Positions 12,701-26,941 of a DNA stretch of 64,000 nucleotides are shown in pieces. The first letter of the stretch is position 1; every line of letters begins with the position of its first letter. The position numbers and the translations under genes were made by a program. Under the pieces are notes generated by a model that had not been told where the DNA came from, searched no databases, and was given only the letters and a program-made list of their open reading frames with translations. The DNA lies in NCBI GenBank assembly GCA_964016885.1, contig OZ024743.1, positions 177,258,001 to 177,322,000 of the forward strand, read 5' to 3'. This stretch comes from Eledone cirrhosa. Its lineage: Eukaryota.

Positions 12701-13660
12701 AAATAAATACATAAATACAGTCTACATAAAATTAATCTTTTAGTTCTATTGTATTCTCCCTACATATATCTTATCTTCTCTCTCCATGTTCTCTTCTCTC
12801 TCTCTCTCTCTATTTCCATCTCTTTCTGTTCTCTCTCGTTCTCTCTCTTCCTTTCTATCTCCCACTCTCTTTCTCTCTCTTTTTCCTTATCTTTCTGCTT
12901 TTTCACGTTCTCCTTCACCCCCTCCCCCCCTTCCCTTACTAAGAACATACCCTAATTAACAATTGTGTTTTCACTGTCTCTCATAAACCTCAACCCATTA
13001 CGTCTCTTTACAATGTAATAGTTGGAGTATTTATGATAATTTTCAAGGCCTTCTATGAAAGCCATAGAACAGAAAAACGTTTTCAGCATATCGGGCCCAC
13101 CAATTAGTTTAGATTCTTGGATTTCATGATTTATTTATATGAAGACCTAGTTGTCTTAAGAAGTATTGAAGCAATTTAAAGTATTGAAATGTGCGCCTCC
13201 CAACGCAAATAAGCGCAATAAGGATTTCTGATTTAGGCACATAGCCAACAATTCTTTTAGGGTTTTGGGGGTGGTGGAGGTGGGGTGGGGGGGGGGGGGT
13301 GCAATGTTGATTAAATCGACCCTAGTACATTAGAGATACTTTATTTTATAGACACCGTAAGGATGAAATGCAAAGCGAACTTCGGCGGATTTTTAAGCTT
13401 TGACTATAGAAAGTGAATATTTAGCTTTTGCTTAAAGCATCAACGTTGTGGCTGCTCTTATGGTTTCATAGTGCAAGGCCATTAACGCTTAGAACCATGG
13501 AAATTTGGTTTCTAGCAAGTCTAAAACATATGACCCCACTAAATTGTATGACAAATAAATACATAAATAAATTCTACATAAAATTAATCTTTTAGTTCTA
13601 TTGTATTCTCTCTAGATATATCTTATCTTCTCTCTCCATGTTCTCTTCTCTCTCTCTCTC
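12701..13660. repeat. Direct repeat pair (~110 bp at 12701-12810 and 13553-13660) with a SINE (13225-13400, minus) between them
   Basis: TCTACATAAAATTAATCTTTTAGTTCTATTGTATTCTC...CCATGTTCTCTTCTCTC occurs twice ~852 bp apart. Confidence 0.85.
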
Positions 13661-13829
13661 TCCCTTTCCACACTATCGAATGATCGTACAGATACATCAA
13701 AGACGTTTGTGCTAATTGAGGTTTTTATACAAGCCACTCCATTGTTAAATATGAGAGTTTTTCTCTTGTGGGATCTAACTTACGCTTGGTATCGTTTCAT
13801 TTGTGTAATTGGTAGCAAAATTCAGGGTG

Positions 13830-14130
13830 TTAAATCAATTTATTACGGTGAGAGAGTGATTAAAATTGACATAAGTCCGGACTAATAATGTTGACGTTTC
13901 TTCTTTAGATGTTATCTTTACTTTAAGTTGCTTTGTAGAAGCACCAGGCCAGATGTGGCAACAATAATCAATATAAGTCGATTTATAAAAAATTCAGATA
14001 TTTTTCGGCGTGAAATATTTTCTGGCATGACAAAGTGAACCAACTTTCTGGGCAGCAGATATCACATTCAACATGATATAATTATTCAAACTCAAATAAG
14101 TGGAAACATGCCTGACCAATAAGCTGTAAG
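13830..14130 (-). mobile_element. CR1/Jockey-group LINE reverse-transcriptase C-terminal remnant
   Basis: Minus strand reads KVGSLCHARKYFTPKNI*IFYKS..YIDYCCHIWPGA, matching the LYK...RP.(M/L)EYC..IW motif after the RT thumb. Confidence 0.55.
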
Positions 14131-14795
14131 GAGTTACTCTCTTGGAAGATAAAACTGCAATGTGTCCTCGGCTTGTTGAGTACTTCTGGCTAAACGGTGC
14201 TCTTTGTAATGATGAAAAAAATACATTTCATAAAACCCTTCAAAATCTTCAACACAATTGTCATAGTTGTAAGCATTCAGAACGCGTACGGGTATAGAAT
14301 AACGTACAAATATAAATATATACATTCACACTCACACTTACATATATATATACATTCATAACCAATCGATGTTGTACTTAAACACATTTAGCAAAGCGAT
14401 TTCTAACTAAGGTATGATGAGGTCGTTTATTTTGTACGAGTACATCATTTATTTTGTCTGGCAACCAGCTATATTGAATATTTTCAAATAGAATAGATAA
14501 TAAACAGACTAAATAGGCATAAGTGTTAGATATTGCCTGCTACATCGCGAAAAAATGATTAAATTTGGGATAAGCTTTTAGCATAGTTTCCGCTGGTAAC
14601 GGCTGTGTATTTAATGGAACTGATGAAATTTCAAAGTCCTTTGCTTAATGTTGAGCTAATGGAGTTATTTGCCATTCGATTTGTACTTTCTGTAACAATA
14701 AATGCTATCAAATAAGAATACATTTAAGCTTCAACACACACATACACACACACACACGCGCGCGCGGATATCGATATACACAGACACACACACAT

Positions 14796-14864
<69 letters not shown>

Positions 14865-14868
14865 TATA

Positions 14869-15855
14869 CTAGCTGAATTACCCGTGCGTTGCTGCGTTTC
14901 ATACATTTTTCTTTGTAAGAAAATGATGATTCATTTTAAATCAGTGATATAATTTATGGAGAAAAACTCTGCATTTCAATATTACTCAATGTAAAATGTA
15001 ATGCATGAAAAATTGGAAAACATTAATTTTTGTAATATATCAAATCAAAATTACATTATTATATCTTATTCTTATTTTGTTTCTTGTAAATAATTTATTT
15101 CAAAATATCAATTCAAAACTTGATCATTTCATTTTGTGTAAACCATTATTTTCTAATTAGAAATTCAAAGTTTAATTATTTATTTTTTAACATGATAAAT
15201 ACATGAAAATAGATTTCCTACTTTGCCCTAATGAAGAACTTCAGGGTAAACAACATTTCTTGTCTTTCTTTGATTGGCTAAAATGTCTAGATTTTTTGAA
15301 GTTCCAGTCCTTGAAACAGCCACATAAAACATGCCATGACTGAAACACGGGTTTTTCAGATCTATACCAATAGTTTTGAAAGTTTGACCTTGACTCTTAT
15401 TGATGCTCATGGCAAAGCATGGCCTCACTGGGAACTGGAGCCTCTTAAATGTAAAAGGCAACTCGCTATCACTTGGTATAAGTGGAATCCTCGGAATGAG
15501 AAGAGATTGACCTTTGTAAGCCCCGAATATAATGGTTTCTTCAATCAAGTTCTCGTGCAATCTTGTTACAACACATCTTGTTCCAGAATATTCACTATAG
15601 GGTGTCTTAATATTATTGTATTTTGGTGGAATTTTGTGATGAGGCATCATATCTTGTCATTTACCTATGGTTTAAATTTCATATAAAACGAAGGGAAACA
15701 ATTTTCAGCGGGGAACCCTTTGATTAAAATGAAATATACTTATCCAAGTACCCTGGGCAATGCAGTTTCAGAATATATATGGTTATGGGGGTCTATCTCC
15801 AAAACCATAGGAGGAGTTCGTGAACAAACAAAAAAAAAACCAGACAGAAACTACA

Positions 15856-15862
<7 letters not shown>
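14869..15862 (-). mobile_element. Internally deleted Helitron
   Basis: Minus-strand 3' end ACGCAGCAACGCACGGGTAATTCAG-CTAG|T (subterminal palindrome + CTAG); 5' end runs into a TATATA tract; contains a helicase fragment in the same orientation. Confidence 0.8.
15228..15585 (-). pseudogene. Helitron RepHel PIF1-like helicase, C-terminal fragment
   Basis: GTR.VV..L..N.IE..I..G..KG..LIPRIPL.P...PF.FKRLQFPVRPCFAMSINKSQGQT...GIDL..PCFSHG.FYVA.SR...T.NVVYPEVL is the canonical Helitron helicase C-terminus. Confidence 0.92.
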
Positions 15863-15929
<67 letters not shown>

Positions 15930-16071
15930 AGTGGAAGCTTAGTAAAATCGAAGCTTTAGCTGTGGCCAGGCTAACGACCTACAATTAGGAATGAGCAGCA
16001 AAGCACTCAATAAGGGAGGCCCTTAGAGTAATAACATACGTTTAGACAGTTTGACAAATATATATATATAT

Positions 16072-18265
<2,194 letters not shown>

Positions 18266-18280
18266 TAAATATATATATAT

Positions 18281-18613
<333 letters not shown>

Positions 18614-18690
18614 TTAAAATAAGGATGACGGAGTATATTTATAAAGAGGAAAATGCGAAGTGTTAGATGTTAGAATATTTTATTAATTGA

Positions 18691-18741
18691 GCTGTTATAC
18701 ACATTTCCATGATGATGAATATCGCGATTTCTTCAGACAAC
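18691..18741 (-). ncRNA. Type I hammerhead ribozyme (CUGAAGA core)
   Basis: GTTGT-CTGAAGA-AATCGCGATATTCATCATCATG-GAAA-TGTGT-ATA-ACAGC; stem I GTTGT/ACAGC. Confidence 0.65.
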
Positions 18742-18999
18742 AACATTGAATAAAAGGTAACATTTCCGAGGCAATTATGGGAGGAAGTGAGCATACTAAA
18801 AGAAAATGTATGCTTTTGCTTTGGATGTCCGCTTCCTTCAGAAGAGGATCATAGTTATTAGAGCGTTCGGTAATTCTTCCGGCGTTCTGCGATCCGTGTT
18901 CAAATCCCGCTTAAGTCTACTTTGACTTTCATCTGTACGAAAGAGTTTACAAGCCCACTCTAGGTAGAGCCCTCAATCCTTTAATCTGCCGCAACTTTG

Positions 19000-19130
19000 A
19001 TATTCCGCTGGATCACAGAAGTGCGAATTTGTTTCGCGCGACTGCTCAGCACCATTCGTAACTTGGCGGCTGTTTTCAATCAATCGCAGCATATCAACTT
19101 TTTCGCCGATAGTAAAGGCTTGTCAATGAG
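19000..19130 (-). mobile_element. pogo/Tigger-like transposase N-terminal HTH fragment
   Basis: Minus strand QAFTIGEKVDMLRLIENSRQVTNGAEQS resembles the CENP-B/psq HTH (LT..EK..I...E.G....VA..F). Confidence 0.45.
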
Positions 19131-19454
19131 ATAGGCGCGTAAGTCCACCACAATATTTTATATATATATATATAACAGAGAGAGAGAGCGAGAGAGAGAG
19201 CGAGAGAGAGAGAGAGCGAGAGAGAGAGAGCGAGAGAGGGAGAGAGAGAGAGAGAGAGAGATGGAGAGAGAGAGAGAATTATATATAGAAATTAAGATTT
19301 AACATTAGGCATAGCTGTATACAAATATGAATAGTAATTTCGTATTTCTAAAGAAACACGGTATGTTTACCGGTAACAATTTAGAAAGCCGTAGCTATGC
19401 ACAAAACACCGAGGCTAACGCCCTCTGATTGTGTCCAGTAGAAGCAAGGGAGAC

Positions 19455-19500
19455 AATCATCGATGGATTTCGGACTTGACTGGTCCTCATCAGTACTTGC
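19455..19500 (-). ncRNA. Hammerhead ribozyme, copy 1 of tandem
   Basis: CTGATGA-GGACCAGTCAAGTCC-GAAA-TCC-ATC-GATGATT; canonical G-C closed stem II; stem I decayed in this copy. Confidence 0.6.
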
Positions 19501-19781
19501 GACTGCTGGACTTGAAAACAGTCAAGAATATATAGTTTTCTCGTTTGTGTAAATGAGGTGATTAATCTCATTTGTATATGAAGCTGTATAAGTTGGCTCA
19601 ACTTATAATAGAATAGAATTAGGAATTAGCTTCAGGAATAGCTGTATACAGATGTGTATGGAAATTTCGTATTTCTAAAGAAACGTGGTATGTCGACAGC
19701 TAAACATTGAGAAACCCGTAGCTATGTACAAAACACTGGGTCTAATGCCCTCTGGTGGTGCCCAGCAGAAGCAAAGGGGAC

Positions 19782-19827
19782 AATAATTGATGCCTTTCGG
19801 ACTTAACTGGTCCTCATCAGGACGATC
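19782..19827 (-). ncRNA. Hammerhead ribozyme, copy 2 of tandem
   Basis: GATCGTC-CTGATGA-GGACCAGTTAAGTCC-GAAA-GGC-ATC-AATTATT; the consensus of both copies restores stem I ATCGTC/GATGAT. Confidence 0.6.
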
Positions 19828-19873
19828 CCACCCACATTTATACACATACACACATAATATATATATATATGCA

Positions 19874-19922
<49 letters not shown>

Positions 19923-20007
19923 GCGTGTGTATGTGTGTGTGTGTGTGTGTGTGCCACATTGTTTCACAATTTCCAGCACAATAAAAATAAGACTACTAAT
20001 AATGATA

Positions 20008-20335
20008 ATGGTTTTTGATTTAGGCACAAGGCCAACAATGTTGGGGGAAGGGAAGGTCAATTACGACCCCAATGTGTGACTGGTACTTTATTTTATTGAC
20101 CCCATAAGGATAAAAGGCAAAGCTAACCTCGGTGGGATTTGAACTCAGAACGTAAATGCCGCAAAGCATGTTACCCGACACTCAACCAATACTGCCAAGG
20201 AAGGGAGAAGTCAATTAAATCGACACCAGTAAGTGATTAATACTCTTCTTTATCGATCTCAGTATGATAAAAAGCAAAGTTGACTTTGGCGAGATTTGAT
20301 CCCAGAACGTAAAGTGACGGAATAAATACCGCAAT
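20008..20335 (-). mobile_element. Two adjacent tRNA-SINE copies
   Basis: Family core and B box on the minus strand. Confidence 0.75.
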
Positions 20336-20997
20336 GATGATATGGCCACAGTTATTTGCCTGCGTGGTCTATCTCTCACAGTATTGTTCAATATAGGATC
20401 AATTCTTCCTTTCAATATACTTATCCGTATTCTGTCGACGTGGGATGGTCAAAATGTTTCAATTTCGATTTTCTATCCTCAGGAAAGATAACAATAAAGC
20501 GATGGAGTAACAATACTTTCTTTATTGAAAGTTTTACATATCCAAATTTTATAAATTAGGTAGAAAAAAATAAAAATGAATAGAGATGAAAATCAATGGA
20601 CACGATAAAAACTCGTGTAGTATTTTAAATAGAATCATAAATTGGAGGAATATACTAATAATCGATATAAGCATATGTTGTTTTTTTTAATCATAGCATT
20701 AGGAACATCGTTGTATTCAACACAACCAGCATCCATTCACAGTAATCCTAGTAGTCGATATGATCGTAAGCTTCAGCAATAACTTCCACTGCCTCCCTCA
20801 TCCCCATCCTTCCTTCTTTTTATACAATTGTCTCATCTCCTCTTCCACTACCTCTTACTCCCAACCACTGTCGTCATCATGATCATCATCATCATCGTTA
20901 TCGTCAACATTTGACATAAGGTAAACCGTATGGAACTATATCTAAAGGTGACTATATCGACTGTAGTAATTGTTTGGTACTTTATTTTATCAATCTG

Positions 20998-21140
20998 GTG
21001 GCGGTGGATTGGCAGCATCCGTAGAGTTTTGGACGACATGATTTGTGGTATATAGTTACGTCCCCTTACGTTCTGGGGTTAGCTTTGCTTTTTATCCTTA
21101 CAGGGCCGATAAAATAAAGTACCAGTAACGCACTGGGATC
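20998..21140 (+). mobile_element. tRNA-SINE copy (internally deleted)
   Basis: GGCGGTGGATTGGCAGCATCCGTAGAG...GATAAAATAAAGTACCAG. Confidence 0.7.
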
Positions 21141-21189
21141 GAACAAGACTTAATACTATAAGGCTGTATACCTGGTTCTCTACCAATTC

Positions 21190-21520
21190 TACTGGCGTCA
21201 GCACAAAGTGCTTATGTCACTTACCAATAGTCTGGATCAAGAGAGATATAAGGAATTCCAAAGACGAATGCAACAAACATCAGTAGTCAAGTTTGTAAGA
21301 GAGAAAAGCCACCTAACACAGTTGAAAATGACACAAATTTTGGGCTATGCAGTTTGACCTGGGTGAAAGGTTTCAGCTTCAGTAGATAACCCAAACATAC
21401 CTATTACCAGATGTAGATCACCGTCTAGAAAGGAGAAGAGGATAATTCTGATTGAACTAACAATCACTCGAGAAGAAAAATGCGGTCACACCTTTGAGCG
21501 TAAGAGTGCCAAGTAGCAAG
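21190..21520 (+). mobile_element. HERO/NeSL-like (RLE) LINE endonuclease-domain remnant
   Basis: VKFVRE...MQFDLG...LPDV...KRIILIELTITREEKCGHTFERKSAK matches the PD..IELT.PWEE....ERK..KY restriction-like endonuclease motif. Confidence 0.6.
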
Positions 21521-21570
21521 ACGTAGGACTAAAAGCAAAGAAATACAACAAAACAACAACAATAATAATA

Positions 21571-21765
21571 ATTGTTTTTACTTTAGGCACAAGGCCAGCA
21601 ATTTTGGGGGAGGGAAAGTCGATTAAATCAACCCCAGCTTTATTTTATTGACTCCCTTAAGATGAAAGCGAAGGGTAACCTCGGCAGGATTTGGACTCAG
21701 AACGCAAAGAGCCGTAACTATATGCCACAAAACGTGTTGTCTGAAGCTCTACTGATTCTGCCAAT
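21571..21765 (-). mobile_element. tRNA-SINE copy
   Basis: Family head, core and tail present. Confidence 0.8.
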
Positions 21766-22744
21766 TTAATAATAACGATGATGATGATCATCATGCTAAT
21801 GACGATTTCTTTATTAACCACAAAGTCCAGAATGACACCATGTGGCTTTACACGAAAACGTGTAAAAAAGGTGAAATATCAAACGCAAAAACAAAAAGAA
21901 ATTTCCCGAATAAGGGAAACCTCCTTACCATTCAGTAGTTGTACTGTGTTACTACTTCTGTCAACTATTTCTGAAGAAGAACGGCTGGAGGATAATTCAT
22001 GATATCTTCCGCTCCGTCGGAACTGTGTTGGATTAAACAACAACACTGCTGTTATGAAAATTATCAAACCTATCATTACCATCAATACGAAAGAGTCCCC
22101 GGTGAAAAAAGTCTCACACAGGCATTCTACCTGCTAGAAATAACAGATAAACCTCTCTAAAATGATAACCTACCGTTACCGGAAGGAAACGACACACTGA
22201 ACAATTAATATCGAGATAGACACCTCAGTTTCTCAGTCAGTCTTGGTTTATGTGTAAACAACTACAACATCATATTTCTTGTTCTTATAATTTTATCAAA
22301 ATATTAATGAGAATAATTAAACAAAGATTAATCACTTTAAATCAAGTTTAATTCACATTCAAATAAAATATTATACAATTATATAAATCCACTATAACAA
22401 GGACACATTAGAACTAAATAAATGTAAATATGAATTCTATATATATTTCTTATTTGATTTATACATTTAGCTTATTGGTTTGCAAGTAAACAAGTAAACA
22501 ATAATTATATTGAAGATAATGAGAGTGTACTTAATACTACGAGAAAAACATATGTAAATAATTAATGATATTTAATAGAAACAAAAGATCAATGAATATT
22601 AATTTAATCTAAATAGAAGTAATATATATTCATAAACTGTTGTCGTTTTACATGACTTTTTATGATGAAGATTTGTAGTTCAGAAACATACACAGATTAT
22701 ATTTGTGATAATGATAATGATATTATTAGTTATTATTATTATTA

Positions 22745-23690
22745 AGGCGGTGGATTGGCAGTATCGGACACCATGCTTTGCAGCATATAGTTACGGCCCT
22801 TTCTGATTTGAGTTCAAATCCCGCCGAGGTTAACTTTGCCTTTCAGGCTCACGGGGTCGATAAAATAAAGTACCAGTAACGTCCTGGGGTTGATTTAATC
22901 GACTTTACCCTCCCTCCAAATTTGCTGGCCTTGTGCCTATATAAGAAACCATTATTATTATTTAAAGACTTTGCCTTTCATCCTTACGAGGTCGATAAAA
23001 TAAAGTACCAGTAATGCACTGGTAATTGCTGGCCTTGTGCCAAATGTAGAAACAATTATTTAAAGGTGGTAGAGCGGTGGATTGGAAGTATAGGTAGAGA
23101 GTTGGACAATATACTTTGCAGCATAGAGTTTACGACCTTTTACATTCTAAGTTCGAATCCCGCCTAAATAAGCGTTGCCTTTCATCCCTACGTAGACGAT
23201 AGAATAAAGTACCAATAACGCAATGGGGTCGATTTAATCAACTTTCCCCTCCCCCAAAATTGTTGGTCTTGTTCCTAAATCAGAAACCATTATTAACATT
23301 TCAGGGTGGTAAAGGTGGTGATTTGGCAGTGTCCGTAGCGGGTCGGACGCCATGATTTGAAGCATAGAGTTACGCCTCTTTACGGTCTGAGTTCAAATCC
23401 CGCCGAGGTTAACTTTGCCTCTCATCCTTACGGTGTCGATAAATTAAAGTACCAGTAATGCACTGTGATAATTGCTGGCTTTGTGCCAAAAGTAGAAATT
23501 ATTCTTTAAGGGTGGTGGATTGCCAGTATTCGTAGAGCATCGGAAAACATTCTTTGCGGTATATAGTTACAACCCTGTACGTCATCAGTTCAAATTCCGC
23601 CTTTCCTTCTTACGGGGACGATTCAATAAATTACCAGCAACGCACTGGGGGCGATTTAATCGGATTTCTCCTACCTCACATTATTATTAT
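22745..23690 (+). mobile_element. Head-to-tail cluster of five tRNA-SINE copies (one 5'-truncated)
   Basis: Heads at ~22745, 23065, 23305 and 23510, partial copy at 22968; all on the + strand. Confidence 0.85.
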
Positions 23691-24566
23691 TATTATTGTT
23701 ATAATTATTTGTAGTAGTAAATATTTAGTGGCATCATCATTTGCTGGTTGTTGCAATTTTCCGTGTAGAAAAAAAAATCTTTGCGATTATACATGTAAAA
23801 TCATAACAACTAGAACCAGCAGGCCTCGACGTCGGAGACGACAAGCACCCCGACGAAATTACCTTCTTCCTATTCGAAGGAGGTAATTCCCTCATCTGGA
23901 CACATTCTCCGCCTACAACTTAGTCGCCTCGGCCACAGACCCCAGTACTGCAGCTCACAATGCAGAGGACAGGAAGACATGAAAACACCAGAGTTTGTCC
24001 GGCCGCTTCCTCTTCGTACCGGTTACCATCGAGACTTCAGGCGTCCTCGGACCCCTTACTGCCTAGCTCCACCTTAAAATCGGAACGTTAACAGCCCGTC
24101 TGAGGAAAAAACCCTGCGAGGTGGGGGTAGCTGTTGCAGCGGGTGTTGGCTATTATTCGCGGAAATGCTTTTGTAGTTTTGACCCTGGGATGCAACCCAA
24201 ACACAGCACCACCCTAGTCTTAGAGACATCACCCTCTCCCTTCCCTTTCCTTTCTTCTGTGGCCGCACAGTCCTCACTTTTCCCTCCTTTTCCTCTCATT
24301 TATGGCATTTATAGCCCTTTCTCCTTTTGTCATACACAGTCATATCTGCTTTTCTTTACCCCTCCACGCTATGTTTGTTGATTGGTTTTGTTATCATATT
24401 TCCATCAATATTTGCAATGTTATTCATACAACTGTGAATTGAATTATTGTCTGTAATTCTATTAAGTTATAAAATCAATCTTAATTTATAGTAAAAATTT
24501 TAAAAACATATTCACAAATTTAAAAGTTAATAATAATCGTGCCGAAAAAACCTGTCAAATTAAAAT

Positions 24567-24746
24567 AATTGTTTCTATTTTTGGCACAAGGCCAGCAATT
24601 ATCCCTGTGCATTACTGGTACTTTATTTTATCGACCCCGTAAGGATGAAAGGCAAAGTTAACCTCGGCGGAATTTGAACTAAGACCGTAAAGGGGCGTAA
24701 ATCTATGATGCAAAGCATCACTCCGACCCTCTACCGATACTGCCAA
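24567..24746 (-). mobile_element. tRNA-SINE copy
   Basis: Closely similar to 5719-5902. Confidence 0.85.
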
Positions 24747-25088
24747 TGTCTTATACTAAACGAGGGGTCGCGGGTTGTTCGCGATACATTTCTTTAAAAA
24801 AATATAAAATGAGATTTCAAAAGTTTGGGAAGATCTGGATTAAGGAATAACGTGTTAGGATTCTTTAGTCTTTTATTATTTTTTTGTTTTAAATCATTTT
24901 TTTTTTTTACATTCATCAAACATGGTACTTAGTTTTTAACAAACACACTGGTCTGTTGGGACCATGAGGTAGCGTACGCCTGGGGTCTGCTCGGCGGAAA
25001 GTTTTAAAATTAGTAGCTTCAAGGTTTTTAACTATGAAAAATAGTCTAGGATGAGCATATAAGCCTCTGGAGACAAACTGCGTACAAT

Positions 25089-25161
25089 GTCACCCGTGGA
25101 TCTGGAATCCACACTTTCAATCACTACATTGCAGTTGTGGGTTCGAGTCCCACGGGTGGCG
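25089..25161 (+). other. tRNA-like structure (pseudo-tRNA or SINE-head-like)
   Basis: Acceptor-like stem GTCACCC/GGGTGGC, T-arm GTGGG-TTCGAGT-CCCAC, 6-bp hairpin GTGGAT/ATCCAC; no pairable anticodon stem. Confidence 0.4.
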
Positions 25162-25393
25162 CTGTATATATTTCTTCCGTATCCAGAGGCTAAGAGGCAA
25201 TTTAGACTATTTTTCATAATCAAAAACATTGAAGCTAATAACTTTGAAATTCATTATTTTGATATATGTTTCAGTATACCGACTCTAATCTTTCAGGTCG
25301 AATCACAACTCCCAAGAAAATCTTTCCTAATATATATATATAGAGAGAGAGATGGAAAAAATGAAATTTCATTTCTCACTCTTAGTACGGCTG

Positions 25394-25959
25394 ATATAAG
25401 TATGTATACGTACATACATATATGTATATAGACGTACAGTAGTATGTATATACATACATACATGCACACATATATATATATATGTACGTATGGGTTTACC
25501 CAACATTTATTATAATGTTCGGTTTGTTTGTAAACAAACAGCCCGAATTAAGCCGTACAGTGTTCGGCAACTATCGTTTCCCTTTTGTTCAACACTGACA
25601 AAGGAACGATGCCTAACTCATTCGATATTCAAATTAGGCTACTCAGCCGTTAATATGCATAAGGAAAGTATATACTTTCAAACGTTCAATCGATTGGTAG
25701 GAAGGTATACGGTGCTGATGACAGCTAAGAAGCTAGAAACTAGTTCATCGTTCCTTTGTCAGTGTTGAACAAAAGGGCAACGATGGTCGCCGAACACTGT
25801 ACGGCTTAATTCGGGCTGTTTGTTTACAAACAAACTGAACATTATAATAAATGTTCAGTAAACCCATACGTACATATATATATGTGTGCATGTATGTATG
25901 TATATACATACTAGTCTACGTCTGTATACATATATGTATGTATGTATACATACTTATAT
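25394..25959. mobile_element. Head-to-head inverted HHR element (arms 25394-25611 and 25746-25959)
   Basis: ~215-bp reverse-complement arms ending in TA-rich microsatellite; 134-bp unique centre contains the HHR core. Confidence 0.88.
25709..25751 (+). ncRNA. Minimal type I hammerhead ribozyme
   Basis: ACGGTG-CTGATGA-CAGCTAAGAAGCTA-GAAAC-TA-GTT-CATCGT; 6-bp stem I, palindromic stem III AACTAGTT, GUU site. Confidence 0.82.
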
Positions 25960-26119
25960 ATATATATAAGAATATATATATATATATATGTGTGTGTGTG
26001 TAAAAGGTAAACAGAAATAACAACACAATCGGTACAGTATATGGAAGGAATATATTAGGTTAACGCTTGAACTAGCAGGAATATATATACTAATTTTTTT
26101 ATTTTATATTACGAAAAAA

Positions 26120-26212
26120 CATGCTCGCGCTATAAAAACCTTTGTGTGGGCTGCAGGTGAGCTTATAAAGGGCCGCATGTGACCCTCGGTCCGCATGTTT
26201 GACATGCCTGAT
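26120..26212. mobile_element. hAT (Charlie-like) non-autonomous element end
   Basis: GGGCCGCATGTGACCCTCGGTCCGCATGTTTGACATGCCTG; reverse complement CAGGCATGTCAAAC resembles hAT TIRs with GGGCCGC subterminal repeats. Confidence 0.5.
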
Positions 26213-26325
26213 CTACTTATTCATACACACACACACACATACACAATCTCCCTCACACACACACATCGTTTGAAGCACTCAATGCTGTCACGAGGTCCAT
26301 CTCTTGTTTTGTTGTTTTCCAGTGT

Positions 26326-26387
<62 letters not shown>

Positions 26388-26941
26388 GATAACAAGTTAT
26401 CGTTATAGGTAATCTTGTTAGAGGTTGTGAGTGCTCTGCGTCGGGGATAGTTTTAACGTACGGCTTTTTTTGACTCAACAAGATGCTTCCATAGTTATGC
26501 AGCGAGTTCGCGGTAATTTCTATTGGAGTAATAATAGTTAAAGAATTAAGATTAACAAGTACTGACAATTGTTTCGTTGATCATGTGGGTCCAGAGTTCG
26601 CTAATCGCTTGAGGTTGCCAATCTCCAATACATTATTCACCTCTAGTCAACACATCAGAGTACGTAGATATGAAAGTAATTCACTCGAGGCAAGACTTAT
26701 ATAGAAAAATAGCGTATAATTAAAACAATAACATCAATAATAAAATAGCGTATAATCTAAACAATAAGATCAATAATAATACATGTATGGTAAAGAGGTA
26801 GAGAAGTTACAGATGTAAAAAGTAAAACTAAAAGTAAAATATAAGATAGGGTACATTAAAAAGTAAGAAAAAGAGAGAATGGAAAATATAAAGAGATAAA
26901 CAAATAAATAGGCTTCCTTCTCCATTGTTTGAGACGAGGAA

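Larger units (their letters stand above)
19308..19830 (-). mobile_element. Tandem ~327-bp-period repeat with one HHR per copy (retrozyme/pLTR-like)
   Basis: ~190-bp diverged direct repeats at 19308-19497 and 19636-19824; each has minus-strand CTGATGA-GGAC-loop-GTCC-GAAA. Confidence 0.75.

Noticed and set aside
14134-14325. Possible host exon (protein-like 63-aa ORF followed by GTAACT)
   Set aside because: No recognisable domain, weak splice signals, and collinear with a decayed LINE RT fragment on the same strand
25089-25161. Selenocysteine tRNA (TCA in loop, 6-bp D-like stem)
   Set aside because: No anticodon stem, and acceptor/T geometry does not fit the eukaryotic 9/4 tRNA-Sec fold
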